Source: Macrostomum lignano
Lineage: Eukaryota
DNA length: 64,000 nt
Direction of reading: 5' to 3'
NCBI GenBank assembly: GCA_002269645.1
Contig: NIVC01001580.1
Coordinates: 180,791-244,790, forward strand
A program made the position numbers and the translations under genes. Below are positions 12,940-22,735 of the stretch, one piece after another. The notes under the pieces were generated by a model. It searched no databases. It had not been told where the DNA came from and saw only the letters and a list, made by a program, of their open reading frames with translations. Each line of letters opens with the position of its first letter. Position 1 is the first letter of the stretch.

Positions 12940-13746
12940 AACTCCGGATCCCCTTCGCGGTGGAAGGAGGCTTCGGAGTGGCTCTGGCCGTACGGCGGCA
13001 TCGGTGAGCAAATCGGCACTGAGCTCTGGAGCAGCTACCAGTCCGTTGAAGTCAAAGCAGATTCCCTAGCCTACTTTTCGAGTTGCGCGAGCATTCGCCT
13101 GATCAGATTTAGCTGGCGCCATCAGGTACGCTGCCACAAGCCCTAGGTCAGATGCTTTCTGATTCCAACTCTGATTCTGTTGCTTCTGTGTGCGACACTC
13201 GTAATCCAACCGCATCATCTTCGGCCGATCAAAGCCAAGGTCGAACAGTTCGCTAACCCGAGCATAAAAAGCGAATATACTCAACCAGCTCCGACACATC
13301 CACGGTTCCCGTCTCGGAAAGACGCGCCAGCTTGCAGTCATGCAACATGTGAATCAGCGCGTTCGCGTTTCCAATAATCCAGTCACCGAATGACATTGAC
13401 TCAACAGCCGCTGACTTTGACTTCATACTCACTCGGCCCGATTTATCGACTGTGGTGGCCAACCCGGCATCCTTCTGCTCACGGCTACTTAGGTGTTCCA
13501 CCGGCCTGTGTGCCCCTCCGGCAACTGTCCCTTCTGACTCAAGGTTAGGGCCTTCATTCAAAACCCTCTCAAAAAGGCACGACATCTCACCGGGCGGATC
13601 ATTGCGTCTCCGTAAATCGAGCGTCAGCTTCTAGAGCGGCTTCTTGCTTGCGTAGAGTCAGGAGGCGCACCCCTTCTCCGCGAGCTCCTCGTGGGCCTCT
13701 CCACGTCCTCTGCCTTTTGCTATTTCTGGAACTGTTATCCGTGTCT
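12940..13746 (-). mobile_element. Decayed DIRS/Ngaro-like (tyrosine-recombinase retroelement) gag, 3' half, interrupted by the Polinton
   Basis: Frameshifted fragments read ...MRLDYECRTQ..QNQSWN...DL and GICFDFNG.GSCSRAQCRFAHRCR..GQSH, similar to the DIRS/Ngaro gag YD..FR...W and Cys/His motifs. Continues from the SAP ORF at 39948-40277. Confidence 0.5.
13578..13746 (+). repeat. Left copy of the 169-bp direct duplication flanking the Polinton
   Basis: Matches 39927-40095 with a single substitution (CACCCCTT versus CACCCTTT). Confidence 0.95.
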
Positions 13747-13747
13747 G

Positions 13748-14087
13748 AGTAGTAGGGCGAATTATGATACTGCCGCACTAGCACTGGCGAGATAGGCGGC
13801 AATGCAAATGTATAGGGAAAAATACACTGCGGAGATATGAGCCCTATCTCTGTGCATTGGGGACGGCTAAGCACTGCAGAGATATGAGCTCTATCTCTGT
13901 GCATTGGGGACGGCTAAGCACTGCAGAGATATGAGCTCTATCTCTGTGCATTGGGGACGGCTAAGCACTGCAGAGATATGAGCTCTATCTCTGTGCATTG
14001 GGGACGGCTAAGCACTGCAGAGATATGAGCTCTATCTCTGTGCATTGGGGACGGCTAAGCACTGCAGAGATATGAGCTCTATCTCTG
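13748..14087 (+). repeat. Left TIR of the Polinton, with six 47-bp internal repeats
   Basis: Reverse complement of 39587-39926; repeat unit GAGATATGAGCTCTATCTCTGTGCATTGGGGACGGCTAAGCACTGCA. Confidence 0.95.
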
Positions 14088-14461
14088 TGCATTGGGGACG
14101 GCTAAGCACTGCGGAGATAGAGGCGATTCATGATACTGCCGCACTAGCGCTGGCGAGATAGGCGGCAAAAAGGATATAGGAAAAATACACTGCGGAGAGG
14201 ATCCTATCTCTGTGCATTGGGAACGGCTAAACATTGCAGAGATAAGAGGGGTGGCCAATCTCTGTGCTCTGTGTTAGGGTAAGGTTATAAAGTTTTACAA
14301 CTGCACAGAGGACGGCTGGTGTTGCTTACCTGGATAAGGGGACGGGGGGGATACACTAATTACAGCCAGTGGCCTCTATAACGGTAAAGTAATTATTACC
14401 TGAGCATGGCTGGATGTTCATATACGATATGATAAGGAGAGGGCATGCATGTACAAATTAC

Positions 14462-14469
14462 TATATAAG
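14462..14469 (+). promoter_or_regulatory. TATA box (TATATAAG) for the left-arm ORF
   Basis: About 100 nt upstream of the ATG at 14571; mirrored by a TATATAAG at the right end. Confidence 0.5.
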
Positions 14470-14570
14470 CAGCCACGCAAGTACAAATAAACAAATAGAC
14501 AAAAACAAATTGTATAAAAGGATTTTTAAAAACCTTACTACTTCTAAAAAACAACTCTTTCTCTTTCAAA

Positions 14571-15971
14571 ATGAAAACTTTTAAAAGTTGTCATAGAGAC
14601 CTCTATGAGGTCTGTATAAGCTGCGAAGTGTGCCTGCTTGGAGGCGTGTCCCCAAGACACCACGAGAATGAGAACTGTCTGGTCTCATGCTGGTTGGCAT
14701 GCGACCAGTGCGGCACCGTCGAAGCTCTGCAGGAGGGAAAAATTCCAGCATATCATCGAGGACACAAGATCGTCAGCGATGACAAGAAAAAGCAAGAAAG
14801 TAACCGCTGGAAAGTAATCCGCGCCATCAAAAAGAGCAACGAGAGAGAAAAGAAGAGCCAGCAGAAAAAGGGAGCCAGCAGGAGTCTGCTATCAGCTCAC
14901 TTGAGTCAAGTAATTGACTCTACATTGAAGAGGATGAGGCCAAGCGGGTCTTCAGCAGCTGCAGAATTTGAAGTTGAGCTGTCTGCTGGAGTCGAGGCTG
15001 CTGGAGTCGAGGCTGCTGGAGTCGAGGCCGCTGGAGTCGAGGCTGCTGGAGTCGAGGCTGCTGGAGTCGAGGCTGCTGGAGTCGAGGCCGCTGGAGTCGA
15101 GGCTGCTGGAGTCGAGGCTGCTGGAGTCGAGGCTGCTGCTGTCATAAACTTCATAGAGGAAGATGTCCTGGATCAGTTCCTCAGGGAATTCAACGCTGGT
15201 CAGCAGCAGCAGCAGCAGCAACCTGTCTCTTCGGTTCCGGTGATTGCTGGAAAACAACTTCATCTAATTGAAGACGACCACGAAATGGAAATCCTAGAAG
15301 AGGAGGGCAGCGACAATGAGTCGCATAATGCAATTGTGCCACCTGCAGCTCCAGCCGCCCCAGCTGCTCTGGCCGCCCCAGCTGCTCTGGCCGCCCCAGC
15401 TGCTCTGGCCGCCCCAGCTGCTCTGGCCGCCCCAGCTGCTCTGGCCGCCCCAGCTGCTCCAGCCGCCCCAGCTGCTCTGGCCGCCCCAGCTGCTCCAGCC
15501 GCCCCAGCTGCTCTGGCCGCCCCAGCTGCTCTGGCCGCCCCAGCTGCTCTGTCCGCCCCAGCTGCTCTGTCCGCCCCAGCTGCTCTGGCCGCCCCAGCTG
15601 CTCTGGCCGCCCCAGCTGCTCCAGCCGCCCCAGCTGCTCTGGCCGCCCCAGCTGCTCTGGCCGCCCCAGCTGCTCTGGCCGCCCCAGCTGCTCTGGCCGC
15701 CCCAGCTGCTCTGGCTGCCCCAGCTGCTCCAGCCGCCCCAGCTGCTCTGGCCGCCCCAGCTGCTCCAGCCGCCCCAGCTGCTCTGGCCGCCCCAGCTGCT
15801 CTGGCTGCCCCAGCTGCTCCAGCCGCCCCAGCTGCAGCCTCTGCAATTCCAGCTTCTCAATCCGAAACTCCACCCGTGCCAGCTGGAGTTGCCTTCTTTC
15901 TGCCTCCTGTCGGCGGGGCTGGGTACGAGGTAACGATTTTCGAAAATCGTATTAGAATTGTGCCGCTGTGA
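14571..15971 (+). CDS. Polinton accessory protein: Cys/His-rich N-terminus, basic patch, (AAGVE)x10 and about 27 (AAPAAL/P) repeats; function unknown
   Basis: 466-aa ATG ORF just inside the left TIR and downstream of a TATA box; 15-bp and 18-bp coding tandem repeats. Confidence 0.65.
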   Translation: MKTFKSCHRDLYEVCISCEVCLLGGVSPRHHENENCLVSCWLACDQCGTVEALQEGKIPAYHRGHKIVSDDKKKQESNRWKVIRAIKKSNEREKKSQQKKGASRSLLSAHLSQVIDSTLKRMRPSGSSAAAEFEVELSAGVEAAGVEAAGVEAAGVEAAGVEAAGVEAAGVEAAGVEAAGVEAAGVEAAAVINFIEEDVLDQFLREFNAGQQQQQQQPVSSVPVIAGKQLHLIEDDHEMEILEEEGSDNESHNAIVPPAAPAAPAALAAPAALAAPAALAAPAALAAPAALAAPAAPAAPAALAAPAAPAAPAALAAPAALAAPAALSAPAALSAPAALAAPAALAAPAAPAAPAALAAPAALAAPAALAAPAALAAPAALAAPAAPAAPAALAAPAAPAAPAALAAPAALAAPAAPAAPAAASAIPASQSETPPVPAGVAFFLPPVGGAGYEVTIFENRIRIVPL

Positions 15972-16855
15972 CTAAGCAATTTTTGTACTTTTTTGCTTTC
16001 TGTGTGGAGTGAGAAATCTACCCATTTATTGCAATTATTGCTAAAACTTTATTTCAACTAGCTTTTTAAAGTTGAAAGTAGGTACATTAATTAATGATTT
16101 GATCATCTCATAACTCTGTATTCGCTTCTAGGAATCTTGCTTATAAGTTTTCAGTTTTCATTTCCAAATTAGTTTTAAAAAAAGCTCGTAGCTCGTAGTG
16201 GCAACCAATATTTTTTTGGTATCCGAGGTAAAAAAAAATTATTTGAAAAGTAGGTGAAACATTATACAGTTGAATTTAACAAATTAAAATCAACATAACA
16301 TACTTTCAATAAATTGGTGATGGTTTCGTATGCTTGGTGCGATTGATTAGGTATAATTTTCTTTCTACTGCTTTGACGCGGTGTTTCCTCATTCTTTAAT
16401 TATTGAACTTTTCAGCTATATTTCTGCTTCTAAACTCTCGTCTGTATTTGTAATTCATTGTTCCATGCATTGTTTATTGACTATGATTGCACCATGTGAA
16501 TTCGATATTTTTTTAAAAAATATATATATAATGTCAGCATTTTTCCACTCGGTGATTGGTTTGTTAATTAACTATTGGCTTCATTTTGCATTTTTTACCG
16601 ATTGAGTCTGCGTAGGAGGCAAATAGAAACGAACTTTTACGAATAGGGATCAATAGAATATGCATGCAGAGAGCTAGCTTAAGGGAGAACCAAAAAAATA
16701 TAACCAGCATCTACTAGCTTGTAAGTGTGGATATTGTACCAGTATTGCAGCAATAAAGACTTACGAAAAAAGATTTCAAATATTCACTCCCAGTTGCTTA
16801 TGACACTCAGTTGCAGCCAGTAAACACTGTCAGCTTTTAACTGCTTGCCTTTTCT

Positions 16856-17270
16856 ATGGTTGAGCACTCCTGGATGGAGCAGGAGAATGACCACTCATGG
16901 ATGGAGAATGACCACTCATGGATGGAGAATGACCACTCATGGATGGAGAATGACCACTCATGGATGGAGAATGGCCACTCGTGGATGGAGGATGACCACT
17001 CGTGGATCGAGTATGACCACCCTTGGGTGGACCATGACGTCAGCAGCGAGTCAGCAGCCAGCAGCGAGTCGGCAGCCAGCAGCGAGTCGGCAGCCAGCAG
17101 CGAGTCGGCAGCCAGCAGCGAGTCAGCAGCCAGCAGCGAGTCAGCAGCCAGCAGCGAGTCAGCAGCCAGCAGCGAGTCAGCAGCCAGCAGCGAGTCAGCA
17201 GCCAGCAGCGAGTCAGCAGCCAGCAGCGAGTCAGCAGCCAACAGCGAGTCGGTGACTGATGCACACCAAG
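16856..17270 (+). CDS. Low-complexity exon ((DHSWMEN)n, (SSESAA)n), possibly the first exon of pPolB
   Basis: ATG at 16856 and a strong CAAG|GTAAGT donor at 17270/17271. The phase-1 acceptor CCAG|GT at 17502/17503 is in the pPolB frame. Confidence 0.4.
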
Positions 17271-17693
17271 GTAAGTGCCTTTATTTATCCTTTTCAACTT
17301 ACTTAAAAATTTTCTTATCAATGCGATGTATATTATGCAGTCTAAAATTTTAGTCCAAAGAATGGGAGAAGGGGAGATAAAAGACTTTATACCGGTAGGG
17401 TTGTACATGTATGCTTGGGTACAGACGTTTAGTTTAGTATCTTTGATATTTGAAACTATAGGCAGCAAAAAACAAAAATATTATCCTAAAACCACAAACC
17501 AGGTTCAACAGTCAGCTTCAGCAGAGTTGCCCAAGCCTATGATCAATCACTGGAAATACTGAGGCTCAGATCGAGTCACCCAGACACGCTTCCGTCAGAA
17601 TTTTTTGTCCAAGCTGGAGACAAAATTATTGAGGCAGTTCAGCAAAGAATTTCAAGACATCATTACAAAGTTCAGCTAAAGGCGAATATTCGA

Positions 17694-20600
17694 ATGGTCC
17701 GAATAAGAGATGGGGAGATGCTTGCCGAAGAGGACAGATGGATAAGCTGTAAAATGCAGGCCCTAGACCTAGGTGGTGAAGCAGGCCGTTTAAACAACTG
17801 GTTGATTGAGCAGGAGCAGGAGTTGGAGAGGATCTGTAGTATGATTAATACGAACGGCAGTGGCTGGACAATTAAACAAATTAATTTTCTAGACATCAAC
17901 CTTGCCAGGTACAATCCAATTCGATTTCGCCAGGGCAGAGCCGTTAGATTCAATCTTCCTGCCAGTTTGAAGAACAAAAAGGCTGTTATCAATCCACCGA
18001 GCACAGGCAAAGACTGTTTCCTGTACGCCTGTCTCGCTGCACTGCACAGCGCCGATCCGAAAGTTCAGAAATCGCCCAACAGAATATCCTCTTACGATGA
18101 ATGGTTGCGTGAGCTGGACTTTGCAGAAATCTCCATGCCAGTGAGTGTCGCTGATATCGATCGCGTCGAGTCTAACAATCCAGGAATTTGCATTTCTGCG
18201 TTCTCTTGGCAGCAGGGCAGTGTGACTCTTCTCCGTCGCCGCAAGCATGAGTCAGATGACCGAAGACACCTCATGCTTTTGCTAGTTAAAGACAGCTACG
18301 GATCGGAGCACTGGTGTGCAATTACTAATTTTGACAGGTTAATGAACAGTCGTAATGGTCCCGCCATGAGGAAGTGGTGCACGAAATGTTTAACATCATT
18401 TTATAGCAACGAGAGGCTTCAAGAGCACAGGAACGAATGCAGCATTACTGCAGAAAATCCTGTCAAAGAAACGCTTCCAGTTCCAGGACAGAATGAAATA
18501 AAGTTCCGAAACTGTCAAAACACTGTCAGTCCACCATTCGTTGCCTATGCCGACCTGGAAGCCATTTTGCGAGCGAACACAGACCCTGCTAACCTGATCT
18601 CAAAGCATGAACCATGTGCAGCAGCTTTTCTTGCAGTGCCTCGTGAAGGCATGACAGGACCTCCGCTTAGGCCAGAAGGAGACATGTACAAGGTCTTTTG
18701 CAATGCGGACCCTGATGAGTGTATCCTTGGTTTTCTCAAATCTCTTGAAAGCCTGGCTCAGGATATATTTCACTGGAACCAGAAGCATAGCCACCAGCCG
18801 GCTGACCGATCATCCGCGACCGTCATGGATGATTTCAATTCTGCTGAGGTATGTCACTACTGCAAGAAGAACTTTAAAAGTTCTACAGATAAACATTTTG
18901 ACCACGATCATTTAAATGGACAGTACAAAGGTGCAGCATGTCAAGAATGCAACCTGCGAGCACAGCTCCGACGCCGGTTTCTGCCCCTGGTTTTTCACAA
19001 CTTAGGCGGCTACGACCTTCATCTTCTACTTTCCACTGCGCTTGGGAGCATGAAAAATTGGAAACTTAGTGTTGTTCCGCAATCATCCGAGCGATACTTG
19101 TCACTAAGGGCGGAATTCCCTGTTGCAAGTTACGTAAAGAACGGAAAAGTTGTGCCAATCATGTTTACAATTCAGTTCATCGACTCGCTCTGCTTTTTGA
19201 AGGGAAGTTTGTCCAATTTGTTTGCTAATCTTCCCGAAGCTGAATGCAAGCTGACAATGCAAATGCTTGAGTCAAGACCACATCTTTCAAGAGAGCTACT
19301 TCGAAAAAAAGGGATTTTCCCATATGATTACCTCACAGGATTTGAGATTCTCGAGCAGTCGGTTTTGCCGCCTAAAGATGCTTTTTTTAATCGACTTTCC
19401 GATCGGGGAATTTCCGACGACGACTACAATAGAGCAAGAGCGGCATGGGCGGCATTTCAATGCAAAAGTTTGAAGGATTATATGCTCGCCTATCTTGAAA
19501 TGGATGTAAGGCAGCTGGCTGACATTTTCGAGACATTCCGACAGGCCAGTCTGAAAGAGGACGGATTGGATCCGGTACACTACTTTACTACTCCTGGTTT
19601 GTCTTACGACTCAGCTCTAAAGTCGACTGGAGTGGTTCTAGAGCAGCTGACTGATGCTGACATGTATCATCTGTTTGAGAAGGGAATACGAGGAGGCATG
19701 TCCTTCATTAATGTGCATTGCGTCAAAGGTAATAATCCTAGCTTGCCAGGTTATGATGATCAGCAAGAGAGTGTAAGCCTCATGCCGATCGATATGAACA
19801 ACTTGTATGGCTTTGCCCTGTCGCTTCCGCTTCCATGCAGGGAATTCAGGTGGGTACCGGAACAGGAAATCCAGTTCTGGGACTCCAATCGGTTTCTGTC
19901 ACTCAATCCAGAAGCCGAGATCGCCTACCTTGTTCAACTCGATCTAGAATACCCAGCTGAGATTCACGATTCGACTCAGGAGTTACCGTTTGCACCTGAA
20001 AAATCAAAACCACAGCCAGATCAATTCTCGCCGTACATGGCCGAACTATGGAAAGAGATTGCTGAACAGCGAACTGGCAATGCTGAAGCTAAGTTTCAAG
20101 CAACGGAGAAGCTTCTACTCACCTGTACCGACAAGGATTCTTACGTAGTTCACAGCACCGTTTTAAGATTTTACCTGCAACACGGAATGCGGATCAAGTG
20201 CGTCAAAAAAATGATTTCGTTCAAGCAGGAAAATATTTTCGCGCCGTACATTGCCAGCAACAATGAAAAAAGAGCTTTGGCAACTTCCGAGTTTGCTAAG
20301 GATTTTTACAAATTGAAAAACAATTCTCTCTTTGGAAAAACTATGGAGAACGTTCGAAAAAGATGCGATGTTCGAATTTGCACTAACCAGACTCAAGCAG
20401 AAACTTGCGCCTCTCGACCAAACTGTGCCGCATTCTCGATTATCAATGAGTCGTTGAGCATTTTTCAGCTCAAAAAAGATAAAGTCACGCTTGACAAGGC
20501 CATTTTCGTTGGCCAGGCAGTTCTCGATCTCTCTAAGATGGCCATGTACAGCCTACTATATGACAGGCTCCGACCGCTGTTCTGTCATTCAGACGGTTCC

Positions 20601-21152
20601 AGAGACATGATGCTTTGCGGAGGTGATACTGACTCATTTTTTCTAGCTTTCAAGAATCATGATTTAACATCGGAGGTAATCCCGAAGCTTAGAGAGGAAA
20701 AAATACTTGACACATCCAACTATTCTCGAGACCATCCGCATTTCTCTGAAGAGTTAAAAGGAAAGCTGGGCTGCGTTAAAGATGAATCTGCTGGTGGAAT
20801 TTACCAGGAGTGGATTCTTTTGCGTCCAAAACTTTATTCGTTTCTCCCTGCCGAGAATTCGAGTGCAAAGATCAAGAAAACTGCCAAAGGCGTGAAGCAG
20901 TCAGTAGTAAGACAGCAAATTTCGCATGCGAACTATGTCGACGCGTTCGAGTCCAAGCAAGAGCAGATGGTTGCCATGACAGCGATTGTTTCCAAGAAAC
21001 ACGAAATCTTCACGTCGGTCATGGAGAAAAGAAGCCTATCGGTGTGGGAGGATAAGCGAGTGTGGCTTAGCAGTAATCGAAGCCTGCCCTACGGACACTA
21101 TGCGCTGACGCCCGCATCCCACGATCAGCTGAAGCGCATCCGACTGGTCTAG
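17694..21152 (+). CDS. pPolB: Protein-primed family B DNA polymerase (pPolB) with an inserted endonuclease-VII-like Zn domain
   Basis: Exo motifs YADLEA, FHNLGGYD, FIDS and KGIFPYDY; polymerase motifs DMNNLYG, KLKNNSLFGK and GDTDS; CHYC...DHDHLNGQYKGAACQECN insert. The frame is open upstream to 17490. Confidence 0.96.
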   Translation: MVRIRDGEMLAEEDRWISCKMQALDLGGEAGRLNNWLIEQEQELERICSMINTNGSGWTIKQINFLDINLARYNPIRFRQGRAVRFNLPASLKNKKAVINPPSTGKDCFLYACLAALHSADPKVQKSPNRISSYDEWLRELDFAEISMPVSVADIDRVESNNPGICISAFSWQQGSVTLLRRRKHESDDRRHLMLLLVKDSYGSEHWCAITNFDRLMNSRNGPAMRKWCTKCLTSFYSNERLQEHRNECSITAENPVKETLPVPGQNEIKFRNCQNTVSPPFVAYADLEAILRANTDPANLISKHEPCAAAFLAVPREGMTGPPLRPEGDMYKVFCNADPDECILGFLKSLESLAQDIFHWNQKHSHQPADRSSATVMDDFNSAEVCHYCKKNFKSSTDKHFDHDHLNGQYKGAACQECNLRAQLRRRFLPLVFHNLGGYDLHLLLSTALGSMKNWKLSVVPQSSERYLSLRAEFPVASYVKNGKVVPIMFTIQFIDSLCFLKGSLSNLFANLPEAECKLTMQMLESRPHLSRELLRKKGIFPYDYLTGFEILEQSVLPPKDAFFNRLSDRGISDDDYNRARAAWAAFQCKSLKDYMLAYLEMDVRQLADIFETFRQASLKEDGLDPVHYFTTPGLSYDSALKSTGVVLEQLTDADMYHLFEKGIRGGMSFINVHCVKGNNPSLPGYDDQQESVSLMPIDMNNLYGFALSLPLPCREFRWVPEQEIQFWDSNRFLSLNPEAEIAYLVQLDLEYPAEIHDSTQELPFAPEKSKPQPDQFSPYMAELWKEIAEQRTGNAEAKFQATEKLLLTCTDKDSYVVHSTVLRFYLQHGMRIKCVKKMISFKQENIFAPYIASNNEKRALATSEFAKDFYKLKNNSLFGKTMENVRKRCDVRICTNQTQAETCASRPNCAAFSIINESLSIFQLKKDKVTLDKAIFVGQAVLDLSKMAMYSLLYDRLRPLFCHSDGSRDMMLCGGDTDSFFLAFKNHDLTSEVIPKLREEKILDTSNYSRDHPHFSEELKGKLGCVKDESAGGIYQEWILLRPKLYSFLPAENSSAKIKKTAKGVKQSVVRQQISHANYVDAFESKQEQMVAMTAIVSKKHEIFTSVMEKRSLSVWEDKRVWLSSNRSLPYGHYALTPASHDQLKRIRLV

Positions 21153-21624
21153 TGCGGGTGTTTAACAGACTGTTTAGTACTTTTTCTTGCTTTTAGAGTT
21201 GTTTAAATTGCCAAATTCTGTTTTAAATGTAGTGACTTGCATGTAGTAACTTTTACAAATTTGTATGCTTGGCTAATTGCGCTAGATTTAGCTGTCAATT
21301 TGTTTTTGCGGCGTGAAATATTGATATCAATTTAAGTTTTACTTTTTATAAAGCTGTGTGGCAAGTGCGCTCATACAATATTAATTCATTTTTGTTTGCT
21401 TTGTGTACTACTTGTTTAAAATGTGTTTTTGGTTTTTATCTGACACAAATTGTTCCTGTAAATTCAATCAGCGTTTTAATCATATTTTCTCTATCACTTT
21501 TCTATTTCTCTTCTCTCGGTGCACATCGTTTGTTATAACGATGGTAGTATTGTTTACTTTCGGATTTGATATGCGTTTTGCGATACTTTTGGTGATGGGC
21601 TAAATACGTTTTTGAAGTGTTCCA

Positions 21625-22285
21625 TAGCTGTCTGCCTGGGAAAATGAATGTAAAGAATACCAAGTTTATCCTTTTATTCACTTTTCACTAATCATTGAAA
21701 TATTTGCGGCAAATTGCTTGACTTGACTTTATTTTTATTCAATGGAAAGAACTACATTGAGTAGACGCATGCTATCGGTATGCAACTGATTCAAGGACCG
21801 AGCTCCACTGAGAACAAAAGAGCCGCTGTGAAAAAGCAGACATTTACAAAAGTTTAAATTGAAAATTAAAGCAGAAAAGGATTCTGGTTCATATTCGGCG
21901 TTTGGGATAATTGATTTTAACATTAATAAGGAAAGTGCGGAATGAACTGGGAGCTGTCCATGAGCAGTAATAGTTTTAATTCGAACACAAATTGTTTGAT
22001 GAGGCAGCAGTTGAGCCGGCACTCTCCGATGCAGCATAGCCACGAAGCGACGGGCAGCCCTTTTGGCGTCTGCGTGGGTCTTGGCACCGCAGATGCTCAG
22101 TTGCCCAGTAGGGTAGAGTAGGAGAGTCACTCTGGGAATCCGCATCCGCTTGATGAGCACCCGGGGCCAGACGGGCCGGTAGATCACATGAGCCATGCTG
22201 AGAGCCAGTTCCCGTAGAGGCAGCTGAGCGCCCCTGCCACCATCCAGTCTCAGATCTACTCCGCCAACCAGATTGGTCACTCTTA
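21625..22285. repeat. Left copy (part 1) of the 955-bp duplication flanking the LINE; part 2 is 28152-28445
   Basis: Matches 31281-32235 wherever compared, once the EnSpm element is removed. Confidence 0.93.
21735..22285 (-). pseudogene. Disrupted duplicate of the Polinton TBP-like gene (its ATG and first codons are displaced to 28152-28173 by EnSpm)
   Basis: Translation identical to 31391-31940, but separated from MSPPATAL by a 5.9-kb insertion at a TA. Confidence 0.85.
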
Positions 22286-22735
22286 CCCACATAACCAAAA
22301 ATATCGCCTCGATATCGCGTAGCAATCGCCCAACATCCCGCCTTTGAATCGCCTCGATATCGCCCAATATCGCCTATTCACCGGGTTTGTCCACCCATAC
22401 AGAGTCGCCACGATATCGCCAGGCGATATCGCCCGGCGACGGCTTTCCGAGTGCCCAGCGATGGCCTAACAAAAAAATAAGTCGTTTTTCATGCATACAC
22501 TTGAACTGCATTTATTTTATTCTTCATTTTCCATTTCGGCATTTCAGTCTTTTAAAGTTGTTAATTTTCACTCCATTCATTTTATTTACTACGAAACATG
22601 CATTGTTATTCACGATGTTCGCATGCGATAACAGCCACGTGGCACACGGCGTGCCCTTCAATACAAACTAGGCAAATGGCATTCGCGTCAGAAATGGCTC
22701 AATTACACCACAATGATTTCGTTAACAATCCCAAA

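Noticed and set aside
13832-14113. 47-bp palindromic repeats resembling a CRISPR array
   Set aside because: The units are head-to-tail with no unique spacers, lie inside a TIR, and the context is eukaryotic with no cas genes.
21735-22367. 210-aa TBP-like ORF with a novel N-terminus (MGDIEAIQRR...)
   Set aside because: The N-terminus is read-through from the EnSpm TIR fused to the truncated TBP copy, and it starts at a non-ATG codon.
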